Positions 44,816 through 58,944 are shown, counted from the first letter of the stretch. The stretch is 64,000 bases of DNA from Yuukianura sp. NJ FZ-2021 (GCA_046563655.1 CM102290.1:4712001-4776000); one strand, 5' to 3'. Notes: generated from the letters alone by a model not told the origin. Translations and numbers: made by a program.

Positions 44816-47800
44816 TGACAATTACTTTAAATATAATACGACTAATATTTGTTTTTAATGTAAGTAAAGCTAGACGTTGACAAACGAAAAAGAGAGTGAA
44901 AATTCTAATAAAAAGAGAAACTTTGCAAATAAAACTACGGAGTAAGAAATTTTAATTAAAAAAGAACTGCGAATCTTTCAAAATTAGAGCAAAGCTTTGC
45001 ATTGCGCTCAAAGAAATGCTTGAACGCACCCCGCTTCCTTTTTGCTTCCTTTTTTTTTGGTAGAAAACACTTTTTCTTTATACCAGAACATATTTTTCAT
45101 TTTGGGTTAACCCATAAACGGCCCTTTGAAAATGGAATTCTTCCTTGCACAAGGGCGCGAGTTTTCAAATTTTTAAATTTCAAACAAAAAAGGCATCTGA
45201 AATATGACTAGTAGTAAGGCATGAAACCTAACCTTTGCGTTCCTCTCAATTGGATTTTTTTTCCAACGAACCTCAAAGTCTAAGATGACTAAAAAGTTTC
45301 AATTGATTTACTTTGTCGATTTTGTTTGAGTTTCTAAACCAACAAACGTTTCAAAAACGACCTTCACTCTTTTTTTTGTGAAGAATTCGGAAAAACATAA
45401 TTTCGAGAATACCGATGATCAATGATCGAAAAATTTAAATGGCAATTACAAAATTACAAAATTCACCTTTGACCTCGGAATTCACCTAATCTAACCTCAA
45501 CGTGCAAGATTTGTGACTAACAATAAGTAATAGCTTCGATTTTTGAGTTGTTGCGAAATTTGCACTTCGTGACAACGTATTCATGCGAAGTTGAAATACT
45601 GGAAACGGATATTGTGAAAGTAATTGAAGTAATTTTCATGCCGAGTGGGGAGACATTTCCATTTTGACAAAAGTGAAAGTGATTGGTGATGGAAGTTTAT
45701 TTCTGACGCTCGAATGCTATTGCAACCAATTGCAAATTCTGTCGCAATTAAATATCCAAGAGAATTGAGTAACTGAATGACATGACAAGACACATGCAAA
45801 CGCATGCTATCTCTTATGAAAGAAAAAGAATTTTGACCTTAACTCACGACTGTGCCATACTGTATTCAATTCTTATTTTCTTTTACTGTTTTGTGGCAAG
45901 TTTCTCTAATTCGGGTGGCACGTTTCCTTAAAATGGATTTGCTCTGCGTTTTTGTTGGAATATTAATATTTCTTAGGTCTGCGCATGACCCTTAACGATC
46001 ATTTCATACTAGATCTTATTGGCGCAACTAAATCCAATACTTTTCCCTTTGTAAATGGATGGGCTTTTAGTAACGTGATCGATTTTCTCCAAATGTCATC
46101 GATTTTACGTTCGGATATTGAAAATGTGACGATTTCCCAAGTTGTGAAGATTTTCCAAATCATTGCTTTCGCCAAACTTAAACCTTATGCAGAAACTATT
46201 ATGCAACATAATTCATTACCAACTGTACTGAAACGTTTTCAAAATTTTGGATTCCTGTCATCCTGTGAAATGTGAAAATATTGATGTAAGAAACTCTGTT
46301 TTCAGTATGCAAGTTTCCATAATGAAATGAAATGGGGCTGTACATGGGTTAAAAAGAAGTGTGGAATTATTTATTACATTAGAGTGGCTATTTAGACTTT
46401 TATTTTCTCCTTCAATGAAAAAGTAGCTCAGAAGTTTCTTTTAAGAAAAATAGTCTATAACTCCCTTTCAACTACTTCGTAAATCTTAGGCATGAGAAAC
46501 GAACTCTACTAGTCAAAAATTCAATACTTAATTTAAAAAAGTTTTGTATTCTTAGAAGCTTTGAGTCTTATAAAAGCTTTGCTTCACTTTCAAATTTTGA
46601 AAAAAGAAGCTAAATTCGAGCCTTTTTGGATGTTGTCCCCTTTTCAAAAGTAAGCGCTCAGAAGCAATTTGTAATGTGTCCCTGCAAATGAAGCTTAAAA
46701 ACTTCAAGTAAAACCAAAATTTTAAGTCTGGAAAAAATTCGTTCTTTTATGCCGTTACTAATTATGGTCATAACCTAACGTGATCTGAAAACATCATTTG
46801 AGTGAAGCTAAAAATAATTAAGACAAGTCCTTAATTAGTCATGTCAAAAGCGCTACGTTTAATTTTGTTTCTTGGAAACTGAGTTGAGAAACTTCGAAAA
46901 GACGTCACATTGTGCTCGTCTCTATTTGAAAAGAATTCCTGCGGGAACATTCAAGTGATCTCGATTTTAATCTAATAACTTTTGGGAACTAAGCCAAAAG
47001 AGACACTTGTTGCATAATAAGAATTGATCTCGGGAACAAGATCAACCTAGACCGCACCCAGCATAGCTTCTTCGCGTTTCTAATAGTCTGCTTTCAAATC
47101 TAGCGTCAATGTACAGACTGATTCACAAAACTAAAGACAACTAATAAATAATAAACTTAAATAAATAAATATTTGTCGTGGAAGAGAATAAACGTTTTAC
47201 CATTTTAAGGAATTGTAACGTTACACCAGACGCAAGGTAGTCGTGTCATCTAATGGTTATTTGAGCGGTCTTACACACATCCAAGAAATTCTGGCAGTTT
47301 ATTTTACTTGTTTCTTCTTAACTAATTACTTTCGGACAATGGTGTACACGATGGGGAGGGCGGGCTGTAGAGATATTCCAAATTGTACATTCTGAACGGA
47401 TCCCTTTTGGCTCTATTCATTTCCAACTTAAACATCACACTTTCCCCAGAGAAAGTAAAATGACACGCTGCAGTAGGGGAATTGAATCATCCTGAACAGA
47501 GCGACGGCAAAAAATTAGCGAAGCGTCGAAGCGCCAAATTCTGTAAAAAAAAACCATCATCGATGGGAGCTGCCTATTTCATATTCCCAATGCCCGAGAA
47601 TCTGAATAAGTAATTCAATTAAGTCAGTAGCTTCAACACTTCATTCCATGGGTTTCTCCTTCGATCCGAAAGATGCTAACTTTAGGTAACGTTGTATGAG
47701 GCATGTCTTTTCAATTTCATTAAAGTTTTTCTTCTTCTTGTGAACCTGTCTGAGGCCTTTTGTATTCCTTAAGTAATTAGAAATGAATGTGATCAATTTT

Positions 47801-48107
47801 AAATTTAGGCTACGAAGGTTTTTTTAGACGAAAAATTGATTCTGGCACATCGACGTCAGCATGTGTAAATTTGGCGCTCGGATTTGCCGTATTCGACACT
47901 CTTCACAGTTTTTAAATTTGTCGCGTATTGTGCAGTGGGAGAAAGATGAAATCGAATTTTGCTGAACCCCTTTATTTGAAAAATGATAAGTGATATTGCC
48001 TATTTGTTTTGATTTTGAATAATTTAGTGCTATCATTTGTCTTGATTTTGAATAGATTTGGAAGCAGTAGAGTGGCGGAGCGTCGGCGCAGAGTGGAGCC
48101 TGAGAAA

Positions 48108-51100
48108 ATGATCCGGTTGATCTTGGGAACAATTGGTGTCATTATGGGAATCTTTGGCCTCATCACCAATATCTACATTCTCCTTATTCTCGTCATACAT
48201 AAGAAAGTAAGGTGTAGACTAAATAAGGCTAACGTTATACTCATGTTGCCCTTTCACTCTAACTTGTTCCACTATTTTCATCTTAAGAATTTAAATTGAA
48301 ATTTGAAACCTTGGATTAATAATTATTCTCGCAAAAGTTAGAGCAAATCATGTAGGAACAACATAGAGGTTCCTAAACTTCGCAAGAGTTCAGCAACCTC
48401 AAAAGACGAACCTGTAGCATGTCCCTTTGCCGCCATTTCAGGTTTAGCTTTAAAAAAAATACGTTCAAAAAATGGGTTTTAGTTTAGAGCAAAATTTTGA
48501 AACAAATAAAAATTAAAAAGAATGCTTTTAGGAAAACTAAAACAACGTTACAAAATCATAAAATATTTCCGAGACGTGTAACATACAGTCAAATTTTTTG
48601 GGAAAGTCTATACTTTATGGAATGAAATGGCGACAAATGTCGTTGTTGCACAAAATTTTGAGAATGAAAGTCAACCACAGACTTAATTTGTGGTTTGGTC
48701 CAGGAGAAGCAAAAGAATTAGTTGTGGTTGGACGGCTCCTGGGTTCTAATTTTCAGAAAATGACATTGGAAGTGAAAGTGACAGATTACAGGGCACCGAC
48801 AGAATGGAAAGTGCTACGTAGGTCTTCAAAGCGATTCGCACTTTCACTTTCGCTAAAAACAAGCTTCAGCATTAGCAACAGCATGGATCTGCTCAAACTA
48901 TTTTTTTTTTCAAATGGAAACGGCTGTGTCTGTTTGACGTTTTAGCATTTTCACTCTCTCACAAACTTTTTATTCTCCAGTACATTTGTCTCTGAAACCA
49001 AAACCTAAAGTCGAATATTTTCAATTTTCAAAAAGTTTGAACAGCAGAAGCCAAAATTCTAAACCGAAATTTTGAATTGCTTCTGTCACAAAACTTCTAT
49101 GTATCCTACAATGGTAGGTGTTGTGTGAAAATGTGCCGCAAGTGAAAGCCAACTTTCACTTTCGCAACTTCACTCCGGACATGCTCCTTGTAACTCCCAA
49201 AGGAACACCACTAGGGGTGGCAAACTCGATTCTAGAGATGGACTCGAACTCGAGTACTCGTCCATTTTTTTCAGACTCGAGACTCGAGTCTGAAACTTTT
49301 CATACTCGAGTCTGACTTCAAAATTGAACTGAATTGAAGTGCTAGTTTTGTTTACCCAAATTGTTTATTATTTTTAAAACAAAAACAATATTAACTTTTC
49401 AATTTCACATAAATGAGGAAAATACACCACAGTGAATTTGTTAGCCCAATCCTGACTTTTTCCAAAAGTCCTCCTGTAGGAAGTTAGAAGGTGTGATGGT
49501 GTTTTTAAAAACCAATACTTTGGAATTATTTAAATTTCCATAAAAAAGGAAAATGCACTTTAGTGAATTTGTTAGCTTTATCCTGACATTTTCCAAAAGT
49601 CCTTCTGTAGAAAGTTAGAAGGTGTGATGGTCTTTTAAAAAAACAATATTTTGGAATTTTTCAATTTCCCATAACAAAGGAAAATGCACTTTAGTGAATT
49701 TGTTAGCCCAATCCTGACATTTTCCAAAAGTCCTTCTGTAGAAAGTTAGAAGGTGTGATGGTCTTTTAAAAAAACAATATTTTGGAATTTTTTAAATTTC
49801 CATAAAAAAGGAAAATGCACTTTAGTGAATTTGTTAGCTTTATCCTGACATTTTCAAAAAGTCCTTCTGTAGAAAGTTAGAAGGTGTGATGGTCTTTTAA
49901 AACAATATTTTGGAATTTTTTAAATTTCCATAAAAAAGGAAAATGCACTTTAGTGAATTTGTTAGCTTTATCCTGACATTTTCCAAAAGTCCTTCTGTAG
50001 AAAGTTAGAAGGTGTGATGGTCTTTTAAAAAAACAATATTTTGGAATTTTTTAAATTTCCATAAAAAAGGAAAATGCACTTTAGTGAATTTGTTAGCTTT
50101 ATCCTGACATTTTCCAAAAGTCCTTCTGTAGAAAGTTAGAAGGTGTGATGGTCTTTTAAAAAAACAATATTTTGGAATTTTTTAAATTTCCATAAAAAAG
50201 GAAAATGCACTTTAGTGAATTTGTTAGCTTTATCCTGACATTTTCCAAAAGTCCTTCTGTAGAAAGTTAGAAGGTGTGATGGTCTTTTAAAAAAACAATA
50301 TTTTGGAATTTTTCAATTTCCCATAACAAAGGAAAATGCACTTTAGTGAATTTGTTAGCCCAATCCTGACATTTTCCAAAAGTCCTTCTGTAGAAAGTTA
50401 GAAGGTGTGATGGTCTTTTAAAAAAACAATATTTTGGAATTTTTCAATTTCCCATAAAAAAGGAAAATGCACTTTAGTGAATTTGTTAGCCTAATCCTGA
50501 CTTTTTCCAAAAGTCCTTCTGTAGAAAGTTAGAAGGTGTGATGGTCTTTTAAAAAAACAATATTTTGGAATTTTTCAATTTCCCATAAAAAAGGAAAATG
50601 CACTTTAGTGAATTTGTTAGCCCAATCCTGACTTTTTCCAAAATTCCTCCACAAAATTTAGACCTACAAAGTGTTAAAAAATTGATGATTTCAATGTTAA
50701 CGTTTCATAAGGCACATGATATTTTGTTCCAAATTGGAAAAGTGCTTTCGACGAAGAGACAATGTGTAAACCGATGTTAGCTTTTGGCGTAATACCGGAA
50801 TTCACTTTTTTTACTCCTAGAATTGATGATTTAAAATCAAAAGTAGGACTCGAGTCTGGACTCGAGTATAGACTCGCAGCCAAAATTCTAGACTCGAGAC
50901 TCGATTCTCAAAAACTGGACGAGTTTGCCACCCCTAGACACCACTAATTTTCAAAGTTTAAAAAACCACAAAATTTTGAAAACTTGTTATTTGGAGTACT
51001 ACTGGTTTAACTTTGACTAGACTTTTAGCACATGATTTTTTGAGGTACTAACTAAAACATGGTTAAAATAGTTGGTGAGTAACTTCATTATTTTCATCTT

Positions 51101-53743
51101 CGTATTTCAATTTTTGGGCAAAAATAACTCAAGGTTGCAACAAGTTAATTATATGTGTAAACCACTCGACACCTTCATCTTTTGATACTAAAAACTTTGT
51201 ATAGACGCGGAGTAGCAGTGAATGGATTTTACTTCACTTGAGTTCTTGTGGAATTGGAGCCAGTGTATGTAACGTTCTATTTGCAAGTCCATCCATCTTA
51301 TGGGGAAACAAATGGTGGGCTACGAGGATCATCTTCTGCGATTTCGTCGGATCCTTGGTTCTCATCATTCAAGTTCTCACGATATGGAGCGTCTGTGCGC
51401 TGAGGTAAATATCTAGTACGATGTAATGCTATGGTTATGTATCACTTACTTCTAATAACTGAAATGGCCCGATCTCCTAGAGAATTTGTAAAGCCGTCAA
51501 TTGATTAGAGCTGGGCTAACAAGGCGGGGTGAAAACTAAGGAAAATTAATGGTTTGCTTTATCAAAGTTACGCAGAAAACAGTCCACAATCATTTAAAGT
51601 AAAAAGCTCTTTGCTTGAGCCGAGCAAGGGAAATAGGAAAAGATCATTCACATGAACGAATTGAGTTCAGATTTTGCTTGGATAAGCCAAAGGATGCCTT
51701 GTAATTTTGTTTGGTGTTTTTTTTTCTAAAGTGCTGATCGATGTGCAGCAATAGTGTCTCCGTTGAGATACACTCAAGTCGTGACGCGACGACGAGTAGG
51801 TGCGTACTTCCTTCTGGCATGGATTCTAAGTTTGGTGATCGTCGTTCTTGCTTTTTCGTTGTCATCGGGATCAGCATCGTCAGCAGTAGACAAAGTGCCA
51901 ATGGATTCCTATGTTACAGTAGAATCTCTTCACCATTCGTTCCCCGATGACCTCAAAGACATTGACCCCAGTGACAGTGACTACCCCAACATTCCTACTG
52001 TGCCAACTGTGGTTTTCCCCGAGTCACTATATGGGTCGCATCCATTTCACTCTCATGTCAACTTAGATGCAATGGACTTAACATTTCGGGTGAGTAACAG
52101 TGAGCGTCGAGTCGAAGAAGGCAGGCCGCTAGGAATCCCATGGGAAGACTTGGCTAACGCCGTTGAAGGACCAAGTGTAGTGATTTCCACTGGAGACTAC
52201 TCGAACAGCGGTGACCTCTTGACCTCTCGAGACAATGAACATTTTGCCTTTGACTTTCGACCTACCCTGGGTCTCTGTCTCCCAAGATCTGTCAAGGATT
52301 TGTCTTGGCAAAGTTTCACTTGGACGTTCCTGTGGTTCCTGTTTGTTTTCGTAGGCCCTCTGACTACCCTACTCGTTTGTGACTTGATCGTTTTGTCCAT
52401 TGCTAGACGACAGAGGCATCGGATCGTGATGGCTCTGTACCAGATTACACTGTCGGCTCAAGCGACGGTGACAAGAAGCAAAGGCACGGCTCCATCCAGT
52501 CTCTGGATGAATCAAACGGTTCCTGCTAAATCTCGAGCCTGTCGTGCCGTGTGGGAAGACTTGGGCAGTTTGTTCATCCTCAACTGTCCCATGATACTAA
52601 TTACGGTGAGATACTTAAGGTTTTGAAAAGTTTTTTTATCATGACATCCATTTGACCTTTGACCTTAGGTTTTAGAAACGCTGAGTCGACAATACACTTT
52701 CATTCCATTTGAACTTTTGTTTCCTCTTGGAAGTGTTGCCCTGTTTTGCCTCCCATTATACAATGCTTTACTGTACGGAGTAAGAGCTCGACCAATCCGC
52801 GCCACTGTTCGAAGTTACATGCGAAAACGAATGACCAATTCAACGCTCCAACAAGAAATTCAACAGAGACTTTCACCTGTTGATGGGTCTCCGAGGCCTT
52901 CTTCCAGAGCCAAAAGCTTCCGGTAAGAAAGTAAGATCACCCGCACTCAGTCAACCATGCAGTTAACGTAATATCTGAAAGTCAAAAAAACTTGTGGAAG
53001 ATCATTTGATTACATATTACTTCCATCTATCCGCCCACGACAAATATCCGCACCAATTTCAAGTTCTAAAGGCGTTTTTTTTTAAAGACTCCAGGATGTT
53101 TCTCGACACTTACGTTTTTCAAAAACATTCAAAAATTGCCGCTTTTGAAAGAATTTTCTTTACAGCTGAAGACTATTTTTACACCCAAAATGCATGGAAT
53201 TAGAAAAATTGAATGAAATGAAACCGTCTCACACAATATCACCCGCCAAAACGCGTAGGGAGAAAAGTCGTGTGAAAGGCGTTCAGTACTTTGATTGAAG
53301 TCGGGCAACGTCGCTTTCTTAATTGATTTTGAAAATGAGAAGATAAAAATTAGTTTTAATTTTTTTTTATTTGTAACTCAAGCTCTTCAACTCCCTCACC
53401 AAACTCTTCTCTATCCGAAGGTCATCATCGCCGTCTTTCAACCAATGACTTACGTCCACCGACTCAGAATCACTTTTTCCTCACTGGGTCACCGTCTCAC
53501 GGTGACCTTGGGCGAAGTCGCAGTGAGCGGGAGGGCACCGGGACGCTGAAAGCGCGCAAGGTCCGTTCGTTTCTACACATTCCGACGCAGTACGACGTCC
53601 ACGAGTTCTGGAGCGGACTTCGGAAGCCGCAGAGATCTCCGACCATTATCATTACGCATGAGATTAGGCTCAAGGACAGCTCCAATTCGCTAGTCAGCTC
53701 ATCGTCATCTCCCCTCACAACAAATGCGGAGCACATGTTGTAA
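48108..53743 (+). CDS. Orphan rhodopsin-like (class A) GPCR
   Basis: Exons 48108-48206, 51205-51404, 51732-52605, 52669-52922, 53383-53743. TM1 with GLITN, TM3 Cys (FCDF) and LSADRCAAIVSPLRY, TM4 Trp, TM5 Pro, TM6 NCP, TM7 YNALLYG. An upstream exon may extend the N-terminus. Confidence 0.85.
49212..50936. mobile_element. Non-autonomous hAT-like DNA transposon in the first GPCR coding intron
   Basis: 17-bp TIR TAGGGGTGGCAAACTCG / CGAGTTTGCCACCCCTA. 8-bp flanks AACACCAC / GACACCAC (one mismatch). Clusters of ACTCGA(G) subterminal repeats at both ends. No transposase. Confidence 0.85.
49418..50650. repeat. Tandem array of ~9.4 copies of a 131-bp unit inside the hAT-like element
   Basis: GAAAATGCACTTTAGTGAATTTGTTAGC recurs at 49549, 49680, 49811, 49939, 50070, 50201, 50332, 50463 and 50594, with a degenerate copy at 49418. 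Confidence 0.97.
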
Positions 53744-56227
53744 CTTTTCTGCACGTTTCAGTGCTAAAATTTGTTTTTTCAAAAAAGTTTTTAAGAAGGT
53801 ACAAACTTAGCTAAATCGTTTCAGAAGGTAAATCACTTTCGAAGTTTGCTGTAAAACAAATGAAAGGGAGCGTGCAACAGAACAATCTAGAATTCTCGGG
53901 AGATCATAAAATCACTTGGGAAATCTTTGCTACTTTGTTAAATCATTTAGATCTCATCGTGAAACGGATATCAATCTTTGCAACAGGTTTCAATATCTAA
54001 AATGTAACCTTTTAGTTTATTTTTTACTTTTACTGTTGTCTTTATCGCCCTCTTATTACCAAATCCTAAAACATTCCACTTTAGTTTAAATTTGGTTAAA
54101 TTTGGATTTTTTCAAAAACCAAAGTGGAAAGTGCCATTTTCTGAATTTCTGTACCTTGTAAATCATTCATGTACCTCATACTGAACTAAAAAGTAGACTA
54201 ACTTATGTTAATGTCGCGAAACAAAGTTGAATTCTCGACGTGGCAAATTATTAAAACAATTCAATTTTTACTTGGTGTCCAAACTGCATTTTGATTCCAT
54301 TCGTAGACTCGTTTAAAAAAATACTCGGAAACTGATTTTATGACTCAAATTTTTCTCTGAGTTCAATTGCAAAATGCTGGGAATTGCTTTTCGTGTTTTC
54401 TATCCAAGGATTCCAATTATACACTCATTGTAAAAACACGCTACAAAAAACGTTGCCGTGTTTAAACAATTACAGCGTCTACGTTCAATGTTTGTGCACT
54501 ACCTACCTAACCCTTAAGCTTTAATATCAGCATCTTCAAATGAGCAATTATGCACAACCAAGAAAAAAATTCAATTGTCTTTAGTTTTTTTTTTAGCCAA
54601 AGACGCAGGGAATGCCATTTATGGTTTGCAATGAGACTAACTAAACCCATTGTTGACGTGACAGGAACTAAAAAGTGTAACTTTTACCACGCCACTCTTG
54701 ATTAGTACTTCGAACTGGGAAAAAATTTTTACGCTGTTCCATACGCAATAAAAAGACGATTATATGCTACAGGGGCTTCAACGTCGTTCTGACGACGGCT
54801 ACGGAGTGTTAGAGTGACCGGCGGAGACTAGGAACCACTTTACCAGATTTCACACCTACGCGAAATGAAAGACTTTTTTGGTGTTACTTCATTAGAAACC
54901 AAAGGTGTGCCTGGTCTTCAAAATTTTGAGTGACAGCGAAAGCTGTTTTTTCAAAAAAGTGTTTTTATTTTTTTTTTTTTTGAGACAACGTGAGCCGTTC
55001 TTAGTACATAACCACAACGTTCTCGGTTGTATGTAACCCAGTAAAGTTTTCGGTTCGTTGGTACTTTAGCGTCCAATGGAACTTTGAAAGAAGACAAAAA
55101 ACAAAGAGCACTAAAAAATTTCCATAAGGAAGCAAATATTTTTTTTTATAAACGAAGCGCTGTTTGTATTTGTTAACGTGAAATGATGACCACGGGAGAA
55201 CCAAAAGGGAACGCCAAACAGTTCTACCGGAAACTTTTATAGTTGAACTAAACTTTGAATTGGACTGTTGGAAGTAAAAAGTTGATTCTTCTTTAAAAAA
55301 GTAATGGTTTCTAAACAAGCCCAATTATAGTTTAAATTATTATTTAAAAAAAGTAAAGTTTAAAAAGACTATTGAAAAAAAAGTTGTGCGTGGATCGATG
55401 GTCTTATGCTTTAAAAGTATTTATGTTGAGGTATTATCTGTGACTCGGCCCAGTTCCCCGTTGTGGTTCCCTTCGTATTGTTAAGTTCTTCAACATTGCA
55501 GTGCAGCACAAGAACTAAAGCGCAGCGTTTTTTATTAAACCGCGTGACTACAAAACTCTACCGCATCAGGCAAGAGGATCAACCTAAAAATGCCTTCGAG
55601 ACCAAACTCACTGTAAGCACCGTTTCATGTTATTTGCCAATTTCGTTTTAAATTTGCCAATTAATTATCTCACTTTTTTGCAACTCGTCATTTGTCCAGG
55701 TTTTTTTTTCTTTGTCTTGTAACACGCAAATAAAAAAAAGTTTTTGCTTAGAGTAGTATTGCCTTTGAACCTAAAATGGTGACATTGAATATGGGGCGAC
55801 GTTAATCTAAGCTTTTATAGGCCATAAGTCCTAGAAAAGGCGACATTGAAAAGTAAATAAAAATTTCACTTTGTAATTGAATCCAGAAATTAATCGGATA
55901 CTTTGAACTTTTTCTAACGGTAGGTAGAGGGAGTCCAGAAAAAAGTATTAAAAGTCGTTATTCGCTCCAAAGAGCACATATAGTACGACCTTAGTAAAAG
56001 TTTGACTAAGGACACTTTTAGACAAGTTTATTGATTGATGACTTTTGGCAGGCTGATTTAAAATATTATTGTTGATTTTGAAGCTTCTAGCCGCCCTCAT
56101 CGTTTTCATTTTGGAAAAGTATGGATCCGCATAGCACAGTCATTTCCAATCAATATCCCATTTTAGAAAAATGTTATGGGAAGAAAAACGCCCATGTGCA
56201 ATATTGGCTTAAATATTTAAACTAAAA

Positions 56228-58944
56228 ATGGGAAAGGATCAATCGATGTTTAATTATTTTCAAAGGTATGAGAATTAAATTGTTGTGCTCAATTTGACAA
56301 TGCAACAAGAAAAACTAGAAGAATATTCGGAAACCTCAAAACCAAAAATTAGAATTTGGTTAAATTCCACACGCAAAAAAAAACGTGTGCAATAAATCAA
56401 TTTTTGGAAATTGGATATCCAATATCGAAAACAATTTTCTCTTCACCTCAACTTTTGAGGTCAAAATTATCCAATGGAATTTCAAATTTGAAAATATTGT
56501 GTGAGTCATCACAATTTTTCGAAACTTTTCTTCTGTGAGCCAGATGAATTCTACGAAAACTAAATCTCCTACACTACAGTGTAATATTAACAATTTTTTT
56601 TTAGAAAACGGTTTGGGAAAGATGCAATTGTTGGTACTTTATTACTTTTGCTGATCCTTGCGGCGGTTGTAGCATTTGTAGTTCTGCGAAACTCATCTTC
56701 ATTTTTACAAGATCAACAACTACCAACTTATGGATCATACTCAGACGCAGCCGTTAGCTGTGACTCACCCTACTGTGCTCAAATTGCCAAGTACGTCAAA
56801 ATTTCAAAACCAAGTTTTTAAAATTTCAAAAAAAAAGTTATTTGATTTTGTTGATTCTACACAGACGTATTCTTGACCAGGGTGGTTCAGTGGCAGATGC
56901 TGCAATTGCTGGACTACTGGCGATGGGCGTCGTCCATTCTCAAAGTATGGGAATTGGTGGTGGATTTATGATGATTTTGTACAATTCTACTAGCAAAAAG
57001 TCTAGTGTAAGTGATAGTACTTGGCATTTGGACCAAAAATTGGCTATGTTTAGCACCAAGTTGCAAAATGTTGCAAAAGTTTTTCAGTTCGACTTTTTAT
57101 TTCCAAACTTTCAGATGCTAAATGCTCGTGAAACAGCTCCAGCGTTTGCAACTGAGGAAATGTTTGGTGGAGATTCGAACAAGTCACAAATTGGTGGATT
57201 GGCCGTAGCCATTCCAGGTGAAATCCGGGGTTATTGGGAACTTTGGGAGCGGCATGGAGCATTACCTTGGAAAGAACTCTTTCAACCTGCAATTCAGTTG
57301 GCTCGAAATGGGTTTAATATTACTGCTCATACTGCTTTTTCTATTTCCAACGAATGGGCAGTGATCCAGAAGTCTCCAAGTATGGTCGAACTCTTTACAA
57401 ATCCCAAAACTAAACAGGGATATAAAGAAGGGGACCTCATGACTCGTCCAAAATTGGCAACAACCCTGGAACTAATTGCAAACAAAGGGGCTGTTGAGTT
57501 TTATGAAGGGGACGTGGGAAAGTGGTTTGTGGAGGACTTGAAGGCTTTCGGTGGAAACATAACAATGGAGGATATGAAAAACTACACGTTAGTGGTTGAC
57601 CCGTGGATGACCTCACTAAAACTTTTAAGGCGTCATTAATTTTGTTGGTGTTTTTGTAGAGTCCTTTGGTCAGATCCATTGAGTTTTCAAATTCATGGGA
57701 ACATGACGCTTCTTGCTACTCCACCGCCAGGAAGTGGATTACTTTTAGGATTCATTTTTAAAGTTCTCAGTGGATACAATTTTGAACCAGAGTCAATTTC
57801 AAACAAAAGTGAAACCGTCAAAACGTATCAGCGAATTGTTGAGGCTTTCAAACATGCCTTTGCTTACAGAACTCAGTTGGGAGATCCATTCGACCTGTCC
57901 ATCGCTGAAACAGTTCATGAGGTGAAACTTTTGACCAAAATGTTCTCCTTATGATTAGCCAGTATATCTGGAATTAGAATATTCAAAATTATACTTTGTT
58001 TTCACATTTTAGTTGACTCGGAACCTGACCAGTGACGACTATGCAGCTCAAATCCGAAAACGAATTGAAGAAACAAGCAATATGACTAGGAATGACTACG
58101 AATTTTATGGCGCCAAATTTTACGCTCCCGAAGATCATGGCACTGCTCACATTTCCATCATTTCTCCAAAAGGAGACGCCATTTCAGTCACAAGCACAAT
58201 CAACACATAGTTAGTTTCGTTTATACCATCAAAAATTATTAACTTGGTAGAGTTAAATTAACTTTTTTCGGTTGTGTAGTTTTGGTGCCAGAATTCGTTC
58301 AAGAAAAACCGATATAATTTATAATAATGAAATGGACGACTTTTCTGCTCCTGGAATCAAAAACTACTTTGGAGTTCCGCCTTCTGTGAACAATTTTATT
58401 AAACCAGGTCAGTCGGTGTCAGCAAACTTTTGGATGAAAAATGTTACAAAAAGTATTGAGTTTTCAAAAAAAAAATTTTTTTTCTTGTAGGAAAACGACC
58501 ATTGTCGTCAATGACGCCAATCATCTTCATTGATCACACTGGAAAACCAAAATTGGTTATCGGAGCTGCCGGTGGTACTAAAATTATTACGTCAACGGCT
58601 TTAGCCAGCATTCGATCTGTTTGGTTTCAAGAAAATTTGAAAGACGCCATTGACAGTCCCCGGTTTCACCACCAACTGTACCCAATGGAACTGGATTTAG
58701 AACAAGAATTTGACGCTGTAAGTACTTTACTACAGGTTTGTTGAATTTGCGAATTATCGAAAATGTGCAATTTTTGTAGAAATTTGGCGAAAGTTTCAAA
58801 GCCCTTGGACACGTCCTGCGTAAAAGTCTTATCCGATCAGCCGTGACCGCCGTAGGAGTTAATAAAAATGGAACAATTAGTGCCAAAGTGGACAAAAGGA
58901 AACCTGGAAGTGTCGCAGGAATTCATTTACCAAATTATATGTAA
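56228..58944 (+). CDS. GGT1: Gamma-glutamyl transpeptidase / glutathione hydrolase (GGT1-like), type II membrane anchor
   Basis: Nine exons. N-terminal [25 protein letters not shown], catalytic [33 protein letters not shown]. Stop TAA at 58942-58944. Confidence 0.93.

Noticed and set aside
40584..48000. Numerous 60-125 aa ORFs
   Set aside because: F/K/L-rich translations typical of AT-rich non-coding DNA; no motifs and no consistent exon chain found.
49418..50650. CRISPR-like regularly spaced array
   Set aside because: Whole 131-bp units are near-identical with no unique spacers, there are no cas genes and the context is eukaryotic. It is a tandem repeat.
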